Shown: positions 15,372-23,862 of the stretch, in pieces
Layout of the letters: each line of letters begins with the position of its first letter
Position numbering within the stretch: the first letter of the stretch is position 1
NCBI GenBank assembly: GCA_030645645.1
Contig: JAUSNC010000006.1
Location: forward strand, 1 to 29,830
Source of the DNA: Candidatus Parcubacteria bacterium
GTDB lineage: Bacteria; Patescibacteriota; Minisyncoccia; Minisyncoccales; UBA6532
Length of the DNA: 29,830 bases
Direction of reading: 5' to 3'
The notes under the pieces: generated by a model
Seen by the model: the letters and a program-made list of their open reading frames with translations, nothing else
What the model was told of the DNA's origin: nothing
Databases searched by the model: none
Position numbers and translations under genes: made by a program

Positions 15372-16349
15372 TCAAAGATTTTTGGAAAATCCCAAAAATT
15401 TAATTTCTTCTGCCAGTTTTATGCCGAATTTTTTCTTTACCGCGATTTTAATCAGTTTTATTAATTTGATTACGTCGCCTGCTTTGGCGTTGCCCGTATT
15501 AATTATGAAATTCGCATGCATCTTGGAAATTTGGGCTCCTCCTATGGTTTTGCCGCGCAACCCGCACTTATCTATAAGATAGCCTGCAGGGACAATTCCT
15601 TTCTTATTAAAATCAATAAGCTCGGGGAATTGATTTAATAGTTCTTTTTTCCCTATTTTCCCAATATATCCTTTAAAAATACTTCCTGCAGACGGAAAAT
15701 TGAGAGGCTGGGTGTTCTGCCTATATTTTAAAGACTTCTCATAACAATCCTTTATCTGTTCTCTTGCTATAGTCTTGAGTTTCAAGGTTGCTGAAAGAAT
15801 AATCAGATCCTTGTTATTTTTAAAAACACTCTCACGATAGCTGAAATTACAGTCCTTTTCTTTAAAAATTTTCAGTTTATCCTCTTTTACGTCAAAAACT
15901 TCCACAGTTTCAACTACGTCTTTTATTGAATTTTCTTTTGAACCGGCATTGCCAAAAATAGCTCCTCCAATAGTTCCCGGCACTCCTACTCCCCAAGACA
16001 TATCTCCTAATCCGTGCTTCGCGGCTTTTTGGATTATTAGTGATAAGGGAACCCCTGACTCCGCATAAACCATATTTTTTTCAAAACGGAAATTCAAAAG
16101 CGAGGATTTTATTATCAAACCTTTAAATCCTTTATCCGAAATAAGCACATTGCTCCCCATACCTAAAATAAAAAACGGTAATTTGAGTTTCTTAGCGGTT
16201 TGAACCGCTTTAATTAATTCTTTTTTTATTCCAGCAATATAGAAATATTCTGCCGGACCGCCGATCTTGAAAGTCGTGAAGTTCTTTAATAAAACGTTTT
16301 TCTTAATTCCGGGAAGCATTTTTTTAATTTCCAGGATTTTTCTTTGCAT
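15372..16349 (-). CDS. murB: UDP-N-acetylenolpyruvoylglucosamine reductase
   Basis: TTFKIGG, GMGSN, PGTIGGA, FSYRES, PSAGSIFK and HANF motifs. Confidence 0.96.
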   Translation of the reverse strand: MQRKILEIKKMLPGIKKNVLLKNFTTFKIGGPAEYFYIAGIKKELIKAVQTAKKLKLPFFILGMGSNVLISDKGFKGLIIKSSLLNFRFEKNMVYAESGVPLSLIIQKAAKHGLGDMSWGVGVPGTIGGAIFGNAGSKENSIKDVVETVEVFDVKEDKLKIFKEKDCNFSYRESVFKNNKDLIILSATLKLKTIAREQIKDCYEKSLKYRQNTQPLNFPSAGSIFKGYIGKIGKKELLNQFPELIDFNKKGIVPAGYLIDKCGLRGKTIGGAQISKMHANFIINTGNAKAGDVIKLIKLIKIAVKKKFGIKLAEEIKFLGFSKNL

Positions 16350-16359
16350 TGTAATTTAA

Positions 16360-16413
16360 GAGCCCGGTAGTTGACTCCAAAACAAAGTCTTTAATGAGTA
16401 CGTCACCGGGCTC
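16360..16413 (-). promoter_or_regulatory. Structured 5' leader of murB (9-bp terminal stem plus inner hairpin)
   Basis: GAGCCCGGT...ACCGGGCTC perfect IR enclosing GACTT/GAGTC. Upstream promoter TTGATT (16448-16443)-17 nt-TACTAT (16425-16420) places +1 near 16413. Confidence 0.55.
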
Positions 16414-16468
16414 AATATAATAGTAATATTTAACGAAGGAATAATCAATGTTAATAATCTGGATTTTT

Positions 16469-17683
16469 TTAAGACTCTGCGGCCAGTCTTTTTATTTTTT
16501 CCATTAAATCAAGACTTTGTATTCTATCTAAAGATCCTTTAGAACATGATTTTTCCGAGAATTGCGCGATTCCGCTTTTCTGACTGTTTGTTACGCCGTA
16601 TATCAGCAAAGGCATAGATTCCAAACAATGGTTTTTCAGATCACAACACGTGGAATGATCGCCAGTTACTGCAAATAAAATATTTTTTAAGGAAACTAAA
16701 GGACTTAAACTTTTATCTATTTTTTCAATGAATTTCTTTTTTCCTAGAAAATTCCCGTCTTCCGCAAAGGAATCTGCCGCTTTAATATGTAGAAAAACAA
16801 AATCATATGTTTTTACCATTCTTTTAGCGGCCATTATTTTTGCATTTAAATCGGTATCAGGAAGACCCGTCGCTCCTTCTACGTTTATCAGTTTCATTCC
16901 TAAAACAGCTCCAATGCCCTTATATAATGCCCCTCCGGCAATACAGCAAGCTTTTAAGCCGTGTTTCTCTTCAAGGTTTTCTATTCTCTTTAATTGTCCC
17001 GCCCCTCTCACTAAAATGTAGTTTGCTGGCAACAATCCTTTTGCCTCTCTTTTTTTATTTGAAATATTATCCTTTAAAACCAGATGCGCCTCCTTAATAA
17101 ACTTATTTAAAACTTCTGCGGTAAATCTTGCTTCTTTGGAATTATCTTCAGGTAATATATTTTTAACGGCTAAACCCGGCTTTCCTGGATCCCCATCAGA
17201 AATTTTAGGGGAAAGATTATCTCCTTTTATGACCAGTACAGCCCTGTGGCCGTAAGATTTCTCAATTAAAAACCTAACTCCCTCCACTTTTATTTTTCCC
17301 AGGGATTTAATTAATCCTCCGGTATTCTTAATTCTTCCGGCCCGCCTGTCTATAACACGGAAATCTTTGTCTATTGTGCCAAAATTAACTCTTAAGGCTA
17401 CATCTTTTTCCTTTAATTTAATTCCCACTCCGGCGGCCTCATAAACGCCTCTGCCTAAATAATACTTTGAGGGATCAAATCCTAATAATGCCAGATGGCA
17501 AGTATCTGATTTTGGAACATCCTGACTTGGTAATAAATAAGGGTTTATCAGACCGCATAATCCCTTACTCGCTAAAAAATCGAGGTTTGGCGTTCTTGCC
17601 GCTTCCAGCGGGGTTTTACCTCTTAGCTCATCCAATGGATGGTCACCAAGTCCGTCAATTATTAAAAGGATTATTTTTTTCAT
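16469..17683 (-). CDS. apgM: 2,3-bisphosphoglycerate-independent phosphoglycerate mutase, archaeal type
   Basis: IIDGLGD, KTPLEAA, SDT, Y.GRG..EA, HIK..D and TGDHST motifs. Confidence 0.9.
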   Translation of the reverse strand: MKKIILLIIDGLGDHPLDELRGKTPLEAARTPNLDFLASKGLCGLINPYLLPSQDVPKSDTCHLALLGFDPSKYYLGRGVYEAAGVGIKLKEKDVALRVNFGTIDKDFRVIDRRAGRIKNTGGLIKSLGKIKVEGVRFLIEKSYGHRAVLVIKGDNLSPKISDGDPGKPGLAVKNILPEDNSKEARFTAEVLNKFIKEAHLVLKDNISNKKREAKGLLPANYILVRGAGQLKRIENLEEKHGLKACCIAGGALYKGIGAVLGMKLINVEGATGLPDTDLNAKIMAAKRMVKTYDFVFLHIKAADSFAEDGNFLGKKKFIEKIDKSLSPLVSLKNILFAVTGDHSTCCDLKNHCLESMPLLIYGVTNSQKSGIAQFSEKSCSKGSLDRIQSLDLMEKIKRLAAES

Positions 17684-17689
17684 TTTCTT

Positions 17690-17698
17690 ATTATATCA
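17690..17698 (-). promoter_or_regulatory. Extended -10 leaderless-type promoter for apgM
   Basis: TG-A-TATAAT-aagaaa-ATG. Confidence 0.65.
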
Positions 17699-17720
17699 AT
17701 TCTCAATATGCCTTACCAAT

Positions 17721-17750
17721 AAAACACCCGCCTCCAGCGGGTATTTTTTT
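17721..17750 (-). terminator. Intrinsic terminator (likely bidirectional)
   Basis: ACCCGC-5 nt-GCGGGT stem flanked by A and T runs, just downstream of the 56-aa ORF stop. Confidence 0.7.
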
Positions 17751-17761
17751 CCTTCCGGTTC

Positions 17762-17932
17762 CTATTTTTCTCTGCCGTCTGCGGTATAATTTATTATTTT
17801 CTTTTCTTCTTTCGGCTGCTCTATTATTGAAGATTCCGGCTGTTTTATTAGAGCGACAGGCTTTTTCGTTTTAAAATAGAAAATTGTGATTACTGAAACT
17901 ATTATAGCTATTATTAGTAAAGTTAGAGCCAT
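17762..17932 (-). CDS. Small single-pass membrane protein, 56 aa (not in ORF track)
   Basis: MALTLLIIAIIVSVITIFYFKTKKPVALIKQPESSIIEQPKEEKKIINYTADGREK*; preceded by TG-A-TAAAAT-6 nt-ATG and followed by a terminator. Confidence 0.7.
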   Translation of the reverse strand: MALTLLIIAIIVSVITIFYFKTKKPVALIKQPESSIIEQPKEEKKIINYTADGREK

Positions 17933-17959
17933 ATATTTATTTTATCATATTAGTTTGAG

Positions 17960-19270
17960 TTAATCCTTTAAGTCAAACAGCTTAATCATATTATAAATAT
18001 CCCCTGCTCCCATTATAACAACAATTTCTCCGCCTTTAATTTCCTTTTTTAAATAATCCATTATTTTTTCCTTTGGGAGATAAATAACAGATTTCTTATT
18101 GACGGTTTTCACTAATTTCTGAGAATTTACATTTTCTTTGATGTTTTTCTCCTCTCTACCAGCAACGTCATATATATCTGTAATTATGATTTTATCCGAA
18201 GAAGCCCTGCGAAAAACTTTTACGAATTCGTTGAATAGAAAATAGGTTCTCTGATACTGGTGCGGCTGATAAATAATAATAATTTTTTTGTTCTGCCATT
18301 TTTCCCGGCAGGAATTAATAGCCGCCTCTGCTTTTGCCGGATTGTGTGCATAATCTGAAACTATCGTTATTTTCTTTCCTTGAAGCTTGGCTTTTATTAT
18401 TTCAAACCTCCTCCATGAACCTTTGAATTCTGAAAGGGCTTTAAAAGAAACAGAATCGGCTATCTTCAGGACTCTTGCGGTTGTTAAAGCGGCCAAAGCA
18501 TCATAAACAATATGGGATCCGGGAATTCTCATTATCTTTTTAATTTTAACAGCTTCCTTTTGTTTTAATGAATATCCCGCCTTTTTAAATTTTTGGTTTT
18601 CAGACAATATCTTTTTAATATTTCCGTCATCCGCATTTATAACCAGGGTTCCCGTGTTAGCCAGATGATTCACGTATTCCTTGAAGGTTTTTAAAATATT
18701 TCTAAGATTCCTGTAATAATCTAGGTGATCCCTGTCTATATTCGTCAAAACTATTACATTGGGCCAATAATTCAGAAAAGAAGCCATATGCTCGTCCGCT
18801 TCAATGACAAGATATTTTGATCTGCCAATTCTGAAATTATTATTTCTGAATTCCTTCAATTTAGTTCCTAGAATTACAGTAGGATCCAATTTTGCCTTTA
18901 CTAATATTAAAGCAAGCATTGAAGTGGTTGTGCTTTTACCATGGGTTCCGGAAACGGCTATTGTAAACTTTTCTTTAGTTAAATCACCAAGGGCTTCAGG
19001 ATAGCTTTGAATTCTAATCCCCCTTTTTTTGGATTCAAGATATTCAGGATTATCTTTCGGAACCGCCGGAGTATGTACTACAAATTCCACGTCAAAAGAC
19101 AGATTACCGGCATTCTGGCCTATGTAAACTTTCGCACCCTTCTTTGTAAGGAAATCTGTTATTTCGGATTCTGCCAAATCGGATCCTGAAACATCATGTC
19201 CGATTGCCAGATAATATTGGGCAAGACTGGAAACGCCTATGCCTCCTATGCCGATAAAATGAATTTTCAT
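17960..19270 (-). CDS. murC: UDP-N-acetylmuramate--L-alanine ligase
   Basis: IHFIGIGGIGVS, GTHGKSTT, EADE, DHLDYY, DYAH, QPHQY and MGAGDI motifs. Confidence 0.95.
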   Translation of the reverse strand: MKIHFIGIGGIGVSSLAQYYLAIGHDVSGSDLAESEITDFLTKKGAKVYIGQNAGNLSFDVEFVVHTPAVPKDNPEYLESKKRGIRIQSYPEALGDLTKEKFTIAVSGTHGKSTTTSMLALILVKAKLDPTVILGTKLKEFRNNNFRIGRSKYLVIEADEHMASFLNYWPNVIVLTNIDRDHLDYYRNLRNILKTFKEYVNHLANTGTLVINADDGNIKKILSENQKFKKAGYSLKQKEAVKIKKIMRIPGSHIVYDALAALTTARVLKIADSVSFKALSEFKGSWRRFEIIKAKLQGKKITIVSDYAHNPAKAEAAINSCREKWQNKKIIIIYQPHQYQRTYFLFNEFVKVFRRASSDKIIITDIYDVAGREEKNIKENVNSQKLVKTVNKKSVIYLPKEKIMDYLKKEIKGGEIVVIMGAGDIYNMIKLFDLKD

Positions 19271-19274
19271 ATAT

Positions 19275-19880
19275 TTAATCAGCTAGTAAAATGGATTCCA
19301 TTATTGCATAATTCGGGCCTCCTTTTTTTAAAACACGTTCCATAATCTCAATTGAATTTACGGAAAAATTAAGATTAACCTTTTCTTCAACCTGCGGCAT
19401 TTCTTCCGGGTTGATTTTCCTCCATTCAAAAGCACTTATTCTTCCAAGAGTGATATGAGGAGAAAATTCTCTCTTCTCCGATTGTAATCCGAAACCGCCT
19501 GTAAAAAGGATATTTTCCAGATCATTTCTTAACGCCGTTAATTCTTTCGAGCTTTCTCCCTTCAGCCAAATCATTCTCGGCGGCATTTTACCGGGAGGGC
19601 CATATAGAATATCAGTTAATTTTATTGAAAATGCTTGATGTTTTGAAATAATTTCATTTGCAATTATGCAGATTTCCCCGACCTCGTCATCCGATAAATA
19701 GCCAAGGAAAACCAGTGTGATATGCAGATTTGCGGGTTTTGTCCAACGTATAGGCGTAACAGAAGAAAAGTCTTCTCCTATTTCCGGAGCAAACAGTTCA
19801 TTAATCTTGCGCTGACGGATAACAAGCCTTTTTCGGATGTCTTCCGGCAGGTTTATGCCTAAAAAGATTCTATGCTTCAT
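19275..19880 (-). CDS. thpR: RNA 2',3'-cyclic phosphodiesterase (2H phosphoesterase, LigT-like)
   Basis: Two HxT motifs (LHITLVFLG and PHITLGR). Confidence 0.9.
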   Translation of the reverse strand: MKHRIFLGINLPEDIRKRLVIRQRKINELFAPEIGEDFSSVTPIRWTKPANLHITLVFLGYLSDDEVGEICIIANEIISKHQAFSIKLTDILYGPPGKMPPRMIWLKGESSKELTALRNDLENILFTGGFGLQSEKREFSPHITLGRISAFEWRKINPEEMPQVEEKVNLNFSVNSIEIMERVLKKGGPNYAIMESILLAD

Positions 19881-19979
19881 AAAATAAATATATCACGAAG
19901 GAAGCTTAAATTGAAAGGAAAAAGGCGGTTAATGGCAAATTTTCGGAAATGTGATAGTATTGAAAAAGCTACAAAAACT

Positions 19980-20738
19980 ATGGAAAAACTGGAAAAAATA
20001 GTCAAATTTTTGGATAAATACCTCAAAATCCGGGATATTAAAGATATTACCTGGAACGGTTTGCAGGTTGAGGGAAATCCAAATGTGAACCAGGTTGTTT
20101 TTACCGAAAACGCCAGTCTGGATACATTTAAAATGGCGCTGAAGGAAAAGGCTGATTTGATAGTGGTGCATCACGGACACTTTTGGAAGGAAGAAAATCC
20201 TTCACTGATAAAGGACAGTAAAGAGAGGGTGGAATTTTTGCTGAAAAATGGTATTTCCCTTTATGTCGCCCATCTGCCATTGGATCGCCACAAAGAAGTG
20301 GGAAACAACGCCCAACTGCTTAAATTACTGGGAGCAAAAATAAAATCAGAATTTTCGGTATATAAGGGTAAAAATGTAGGCTGGATCGGGGAATTCAGTA
20401 GGCCTCTGCCGGTCGGAGAAATAGTCAAAAAAATAAACTCTAAATTAAATACGAACTGCAAAACTCTTCTATTCGGTAAAAATAAGATTAAAACAATCGC
20501 TGTTTGCAGTGGTGGAGGTAATTATAAAGATTTCAACGAGGCAATTGATAAAGAGGTTGATTTATACTTAACCGGTGACGCAATAGATATTTATCCTTCC
20601 ACCAAAGACGCAAAATTTAACGTAATATTTGCAGGACATTACGCTACGGAAACGGTCGGAGTGAATGCCTTAATGAAAGTCGTTGGAAAGAGACTTAAAA
20701 TTGAGACTACTTATATTGACGACCCGACTGGACTATAA
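19980..20738 (+). CDS. Nif3-like dinuclear metal centre protein
   Basis: NGLQVEG, VHHGHFW, HLPLDRH, GNN and AGHYATE motifs. Start moved to MEKLEK (19980); a promoter ATGGCA-17 nt-TAGTAT lies just upstream. Confidence 0.92.
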   Translation: MEKLEKIVKFLDKYLKIRDIKDITWNGLQVEGNPNVNQVVFTENASLDTFKMALKEKADLIVVHHGHFWKEENPSLIKDSKERVEFLLKNGISLYVAHLPLDRHKEVGNNAQLLKLLGAKIKSEFSVYKGKNVGWIGEFSRPLPVGEIVKKINSKLNTNCKTLLFGKNKIKTIAVCSGGGNYKDFNEAIDKEVDLYLTGDAIDIYPSTKDAKFNVIFAGHYATETVGVNALMKVVGKRLKIETTYIDDPTGL

Positions 20739-20754
20739 ATGAAGTCATTAAAAT

Positions 20755-21216
20755 ATGGTTAAAGAACAGAAAAAATCTGAAAAAATAGCTGATAAACTGA
20801 AAAAGGAAACGGAAATTCAAAGAATTGTGAATCACTATTTCTACAGCAAGGGTCTAAGCTTGAAAGATATCAAGGAAAACGCCAGACAGAAAAAGATAAT
20901 TTATTCCCGCTTCACCAGACCGGCCAAACAATTGCTGGAATTGGCGGGTTCAGTGGAAAAAGCGGAAAAAGCGATGAGCACGGTGGCCGAATGGGCGAAA
21001 TCGCGGGGATTAGACTATGCCATTGAGACTGTTTTTAAGAAATGGTTGGAACTGGATAAATTAAAACCGAAGGAAGTGGTTAAAAAGCCTTTTTTCCTCG
21101 GCAATCCCATGGTTTGGTCAGAAACTAAGAGAAAATGGTATGTCATCAGCGCTATTGGAGAATGGTTGGAATTTGCCGGAAAAGAAGCGGATATTGAATG
21201 GAAAATAATAAAATAA
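20755..21216 (+). CDS. Hypothetical protein, 153 aa
   Basis: Compact ORF tightly packed between Nif3-like and efp; no function recognised. Confidence 0.75.
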   Translation: MVKEQKKSEKIADKLKKETEIQRIVNHYFYSKGLSLKDIKENARQKKIIYSRFTRPAKQLLELAGSVEKAEKAMSTVAEWAKSRGLDYAIETVFKKWLELDKLKPKEVVKKPFFLGNPMVWSETKRKWYVISAIGEWLEFAGKEADIEWKIIK

Positions 21217-21229
21217 ATAACTTTAAAAT

Positions 21230-21793
21230 ATGATCAGTTATAACGAATTAAGAAAAGGCAATCAGATAATAATAGACGGAGAACCCTACGAAGTCCTAGA
21301 AGCAATGTCTTTGAAGAAAGCCCAGCGCCGGGTTATAATCCAAACAAAAATAAAAAACCTCATTAACGGCAATATGATCTCCAGGAATTTTCATCAGGGA
21401 GATATTTTTGAAGAAGCCGATCTTGTTAAATTTGCGGTAAAATTCATTTATTGCCATAAAGACAGGTTTTTCTTTTCCTATTTAAATGATTCATCTAATA
21501 GATTTGATCTTGACGAAAAACAAATCGGAGCCGCTTCAAAATTTTTAAAACAGGGCGAGGAAGTGGAGGCAATAAAATTCCAGGACAAAATAATCGCTAT
21601 TTCACTGCCTATAAAAGTTCAATTAAAAATAAAAGAAACTTCTCCTGGAGTAAAAGGTGAAAGAGCCCAGCCAGGAACAAAAACAGCCGAATTGGAGACC
21701 GGAGCAACAATAAACGTTCCCCTCTTTATTAATGAAGGAGATATTATTGAATTAAATACGGAAACAGGAGGATATACCAGGAGAATTGAATAA
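21230..21793 (+). CDS. efp: Translation elongation factor P with non-canonical loop
   Basis: LRKG..I.IDGEPY, PIKVQLKI.ETSPGVKG and ETGATINVPLFINEGD motifs; PGKG replaced by KAQR. Confidence 0.95.
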   Translation: MISYNELRKGNQIIIDGEPYEVLEAMSLKKAQRRVIIQTKIKNLINGNMISRNFHQGDIFEEADLVKFAVKFIYCHKDRFFFSYLNDSSNRFDLDEKQIGAASKFLKQGEEVEAIKFQDKIIAISLPIKVQLKIKETSPGVKGERAQPGTKTAELETGATINVPLFINEGDIIELNTETGGYTRRIE

Positions 21794-21803
21794 TAAAGGA
21801 AAA

Positions 21804-21833
21804 GAAAAACCCCGTTTAAAGCCGGGGTTTTTC
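21804..21833. terminator. Bidirectional intrinsic terminator between efp and S8 peptidase
   Basis: Perfect 11-bp IR GAAAAACCCCG/CGGGGTTTTTC with 8-nt loop between convergent genes. Confidence 0.85.
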
Positions 21834-21855
21834 AATGACTATTATTTTCCTTAGT

Positions 21856-23049
21856 TTATTGAACAGCCAAATTTGCTATCACTCTTCCCCATCCATAATC
21901 TTTATCTTTCCCAGTCTTGCCTAAATCTTTTGCGGTACCGAATAGTTTATTTTCAACCTGATTCTGAGTATATGAAGGATTAGCATTTTTAACAAGCGCT
22001 ATTACGCCGGTAATCATAGGCGTTGCCATACTTGTACCGCTCCAAGTAGCGTAGGCGCTTCCCAAGATACTGGAGTAGATGCTGACTCCCGGAGCAGTAA
22101 TATCCAAGGCATTACCTCTACCGGAGAAACTGGCAATTTTATCACTGCTGTCGACGGCGCCGACAGTAGTTGAATAACTGATACAACCTGGAATAGAAAC
22201 ACCTGGCCTTCCGCTATTGCCGGCAGCAACAACCACAGTTACATCCTTTTGGACTGCATACTTAATCGCTTCAGTCAAATCGGGTAAAACGCCATCACAG
22301 AAACCTTGATAAAGATAAGGTGATCCTGTTCCTAAACTCAAGCTGATAGCGTCAGCGTTGAAATCATCCTCCGTTCCGTAGATATTATCAGGTCCGTTTA
22401 CCGCCCAATAAACCCCGGCCACAACATCACTGAAGTAACCTGATCCATTTTGGTCCAGCACCTTGCCTGATATGATTCCTGCATCAGGGGCTACGCCTTT
22501 AGCTTTCGGGTCAATGCCGTCAGCAGTAATAATTCCCGCCACATGGCTGCCATGACCCTGATCGTCCCATGGATCGTTATCATTATTTACAAAGTCTATT
22601 CCCCCTAAGTAGCTGGTCACTAATTCGGGATGAAGGTAGTTATAGCCGGTGTCCAGTACTACCACTGTTCTACCACTTCCGGTGTTGCCATTAGCCTGAA
22701 CAATATCAGCTCCAATCTGCTGAATGGCACTGGCACTCGGTGTGCTAGGTATTTTAGGACCTCTTAAAACTCCTGCTTCTTCATTGTCTAAAATAAATAC
22801 TTTTATATCATCTGCCAATGCTAATAATTCAGCTACTCCTTGCGGGCAACGAAGCGCTTTCAATGTCTTCGCATCTCTTACAATCTCGCAACCTAGCGAA
22901 ACCGCTTTATTTACTTCCTCTTCTGTGTGAGCAATAACTCTTTTTTGTACATCACCCTTGTTAATAATTACTCGGGCGTTCACCGAACCAATAAGAGCGA
23001 AAACCGTAATTAATGAGGCGACACATACTAAATATTTCTTAAAATTCAT
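21856..23049 (-). CDS. Secreted subtilisin-family (S8) serine peptidase
   Basis: Signal peptide, then catalytic DTG, HGSHVAG and GTSMATP, with AAGN oxyanion motif. Confidence 0.95.
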   Translation of the reverse strand: MNFKKYLVCVASLITVFALIGSVNARVIINKGDVQKRVIAHTEEEVNKAVSLGCEIVRDAKTLKALRCPQGVAELLALADDIKVFILDNEEAGVLRGPKIPSTPSASAIQQIGADIVQANGNTGSGRTVVVLDTGYNYLHPELVTSYLGGIDFVNNDNDPWDDQGHGSHVAGIITADGIDPKAKGVAPDAGIISGKVLDQNGSGYFSDVVAGVYWAVNGPDNIYGTEDDFNADAISLSLGTGSPYLYQGFCDGVLPDLTEAIKYAVQKDVTVVVAAGNSGRPGVSIPGCISYSTTVGAVDSSDKIASFSGRGNALDITAPGVSIYSSILGSAYATWSGTSMATPMITGVIALVKNANPSYTQNQVENKLFGTAKDLGKTGKDKDYGWGRVIANLAVQ

Positions 23050-23108
23050 AATTTTATATTTTATTTAATTAATCTATTGACCTTTATTAAAGTTTTATTA
23101 TATTTTTC

Positions 23109-23137
23109 ATTTTATCAATCGTATAATAAGCCGTCAA
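23109..23137 (-). promoter_or_regulatory. Sigma70 promoter of the S8 peptidase
   Basis: TTGACG-17 nt-TAAAAT with extended TG. Confidence 0.6.
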
Positions 23138-23167
23138 GGATTTAAAAATATTTTTTCAGCGATATTA

Positions 23168-23242
23168 TGGAGCCGATGGTCGGATTTGAACCGACGACCT
23201 ACTGTTTACGAAACAGTTGCTCTACCACTGAGCTACATCGGC
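23168..23242 (-). tRNA. tRNA-Thr(CGT)
   Basis: Cloverleaf with acceptor GCCGATG/CATCGGC, anticodon stem ACTGT-ttCGTaa-ACAGT, T-loop TTCAAAT; CCA encoded. Confidence 0.97.
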
Positions 23243-23282
23243 ATTTCCAATAGGACTGTCTATATAGGCGGGCCACCCTATG

Positions 23283-23353
23283 AGCGGGTAACGGGAATCG
23301 GACCCGTATCTCAACCTTGGGAAGGTCGCGTTCTACCACTGAACCATACCCGC
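23283..23353 (-). tRNA. tRNA-Gly(CCC)
   Basis: Acceptor GCGGGTA/TACCCGC, anticodon loop ttCCCaa, U discriminator; CCA not encoded. Confidence 0.95.
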
Positions 23354-23358
23354 ATTAT

Positions 23359-23730
23359 CTAAAAAATATTCCACCAGGATTTACCAGTTTCTTCGGTAGT
23401 CGTAACTTGTTCCTGTTCCGGCGGTATGACTGTGATCACCTCCTCACCCGGTTTTTTTAAATTAAACCTTTCCCTTGCCTCTTTTTCCAGAAAATCTTGG
23501 TCTGTTCCCTGGGAAGCTTTAGCCTGAAGATTAGCTTTCTCCTGCTCTAAAGCATCTACCTCCTCTCTTAAACTTTCCAACTGCGCGGTGAGGTCAGCCC
23601 TTCTTTGTCCTATTTTTAAATTGGAAACAACTAAGATTATTATCACAATCAATACTAATCCTCCGAGAAAATATGAAAAGAACATACTTTGGAAGGATTC
23701 TCTTTTCAGTCTCCTGGATTTATTTATCAT
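23359..23730 (-). CDS. ftsB: Septum formation initiator (FtsB/DivIC family)
   Basis: N-terminal TM helix, coiled coil, then EKEARERFNLKKPGE motif. Confidence 0.85.
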   Translation of the reverse strand: MINKSRRLKRESFQSMFFSYFLGGLVLIVIIILVVSNLKIGQRRADLTAQLESLREEVDALEQEKANLQAKASQGTDQDFLEKEARERFNLKKPGEEVITVIPPEQEQVTTTEETGKSWWNIF

Positions 23731-23749
23731 AATATAATATATTTAATAT

Positions 23750-23854
23750 ATGTTTAACGGAAAATCAAAAAAATTGGTCAAAATAATATGGATTGTGGCT
23801 GCGATCATGGTAACGGCAAGTATGGTTTTGGCTTCCTTTTCACAGCTATTCTAG
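23750..23854 (+). CDS. Small membrane peptide, 34 aa (not in ORF track)
   Basis: MFNGKSKKLVKIIWIVAAIMVTASMVLASFSQLF*; fills the ftsB-lepA gap; TATAAT at 23735-23740 lies 9 nt before the ATG. Confidence 0.65.
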   Translation: MFNGKSKKLVKIIWIVAAIMVTASMVLASFSQLF

Positions 23855-23862
23855 CAGTATTT

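Noticed and set aside
17467-17874. 135-aa plus-strand ORF and other short antisense ORFs in the track (e.g. 28107-28622, 25040-25402)
   Set aside because: They overlap well-supported genes on the opposite strand and show no motifs.
19872-19979. Long N-terminus of the Nif3-like ORF
   Set aside because: Overlaps the thpR start and covers the divergent promoter region; homology begins at MEKLEK.
21856-23242. Genomic island integrated at tRNA-Thr carrying the S8 peptidase
   Set aside because: No duplicated tRNA 3' end and no integrase; the peptidase has ordinary promoter and terminator signals.
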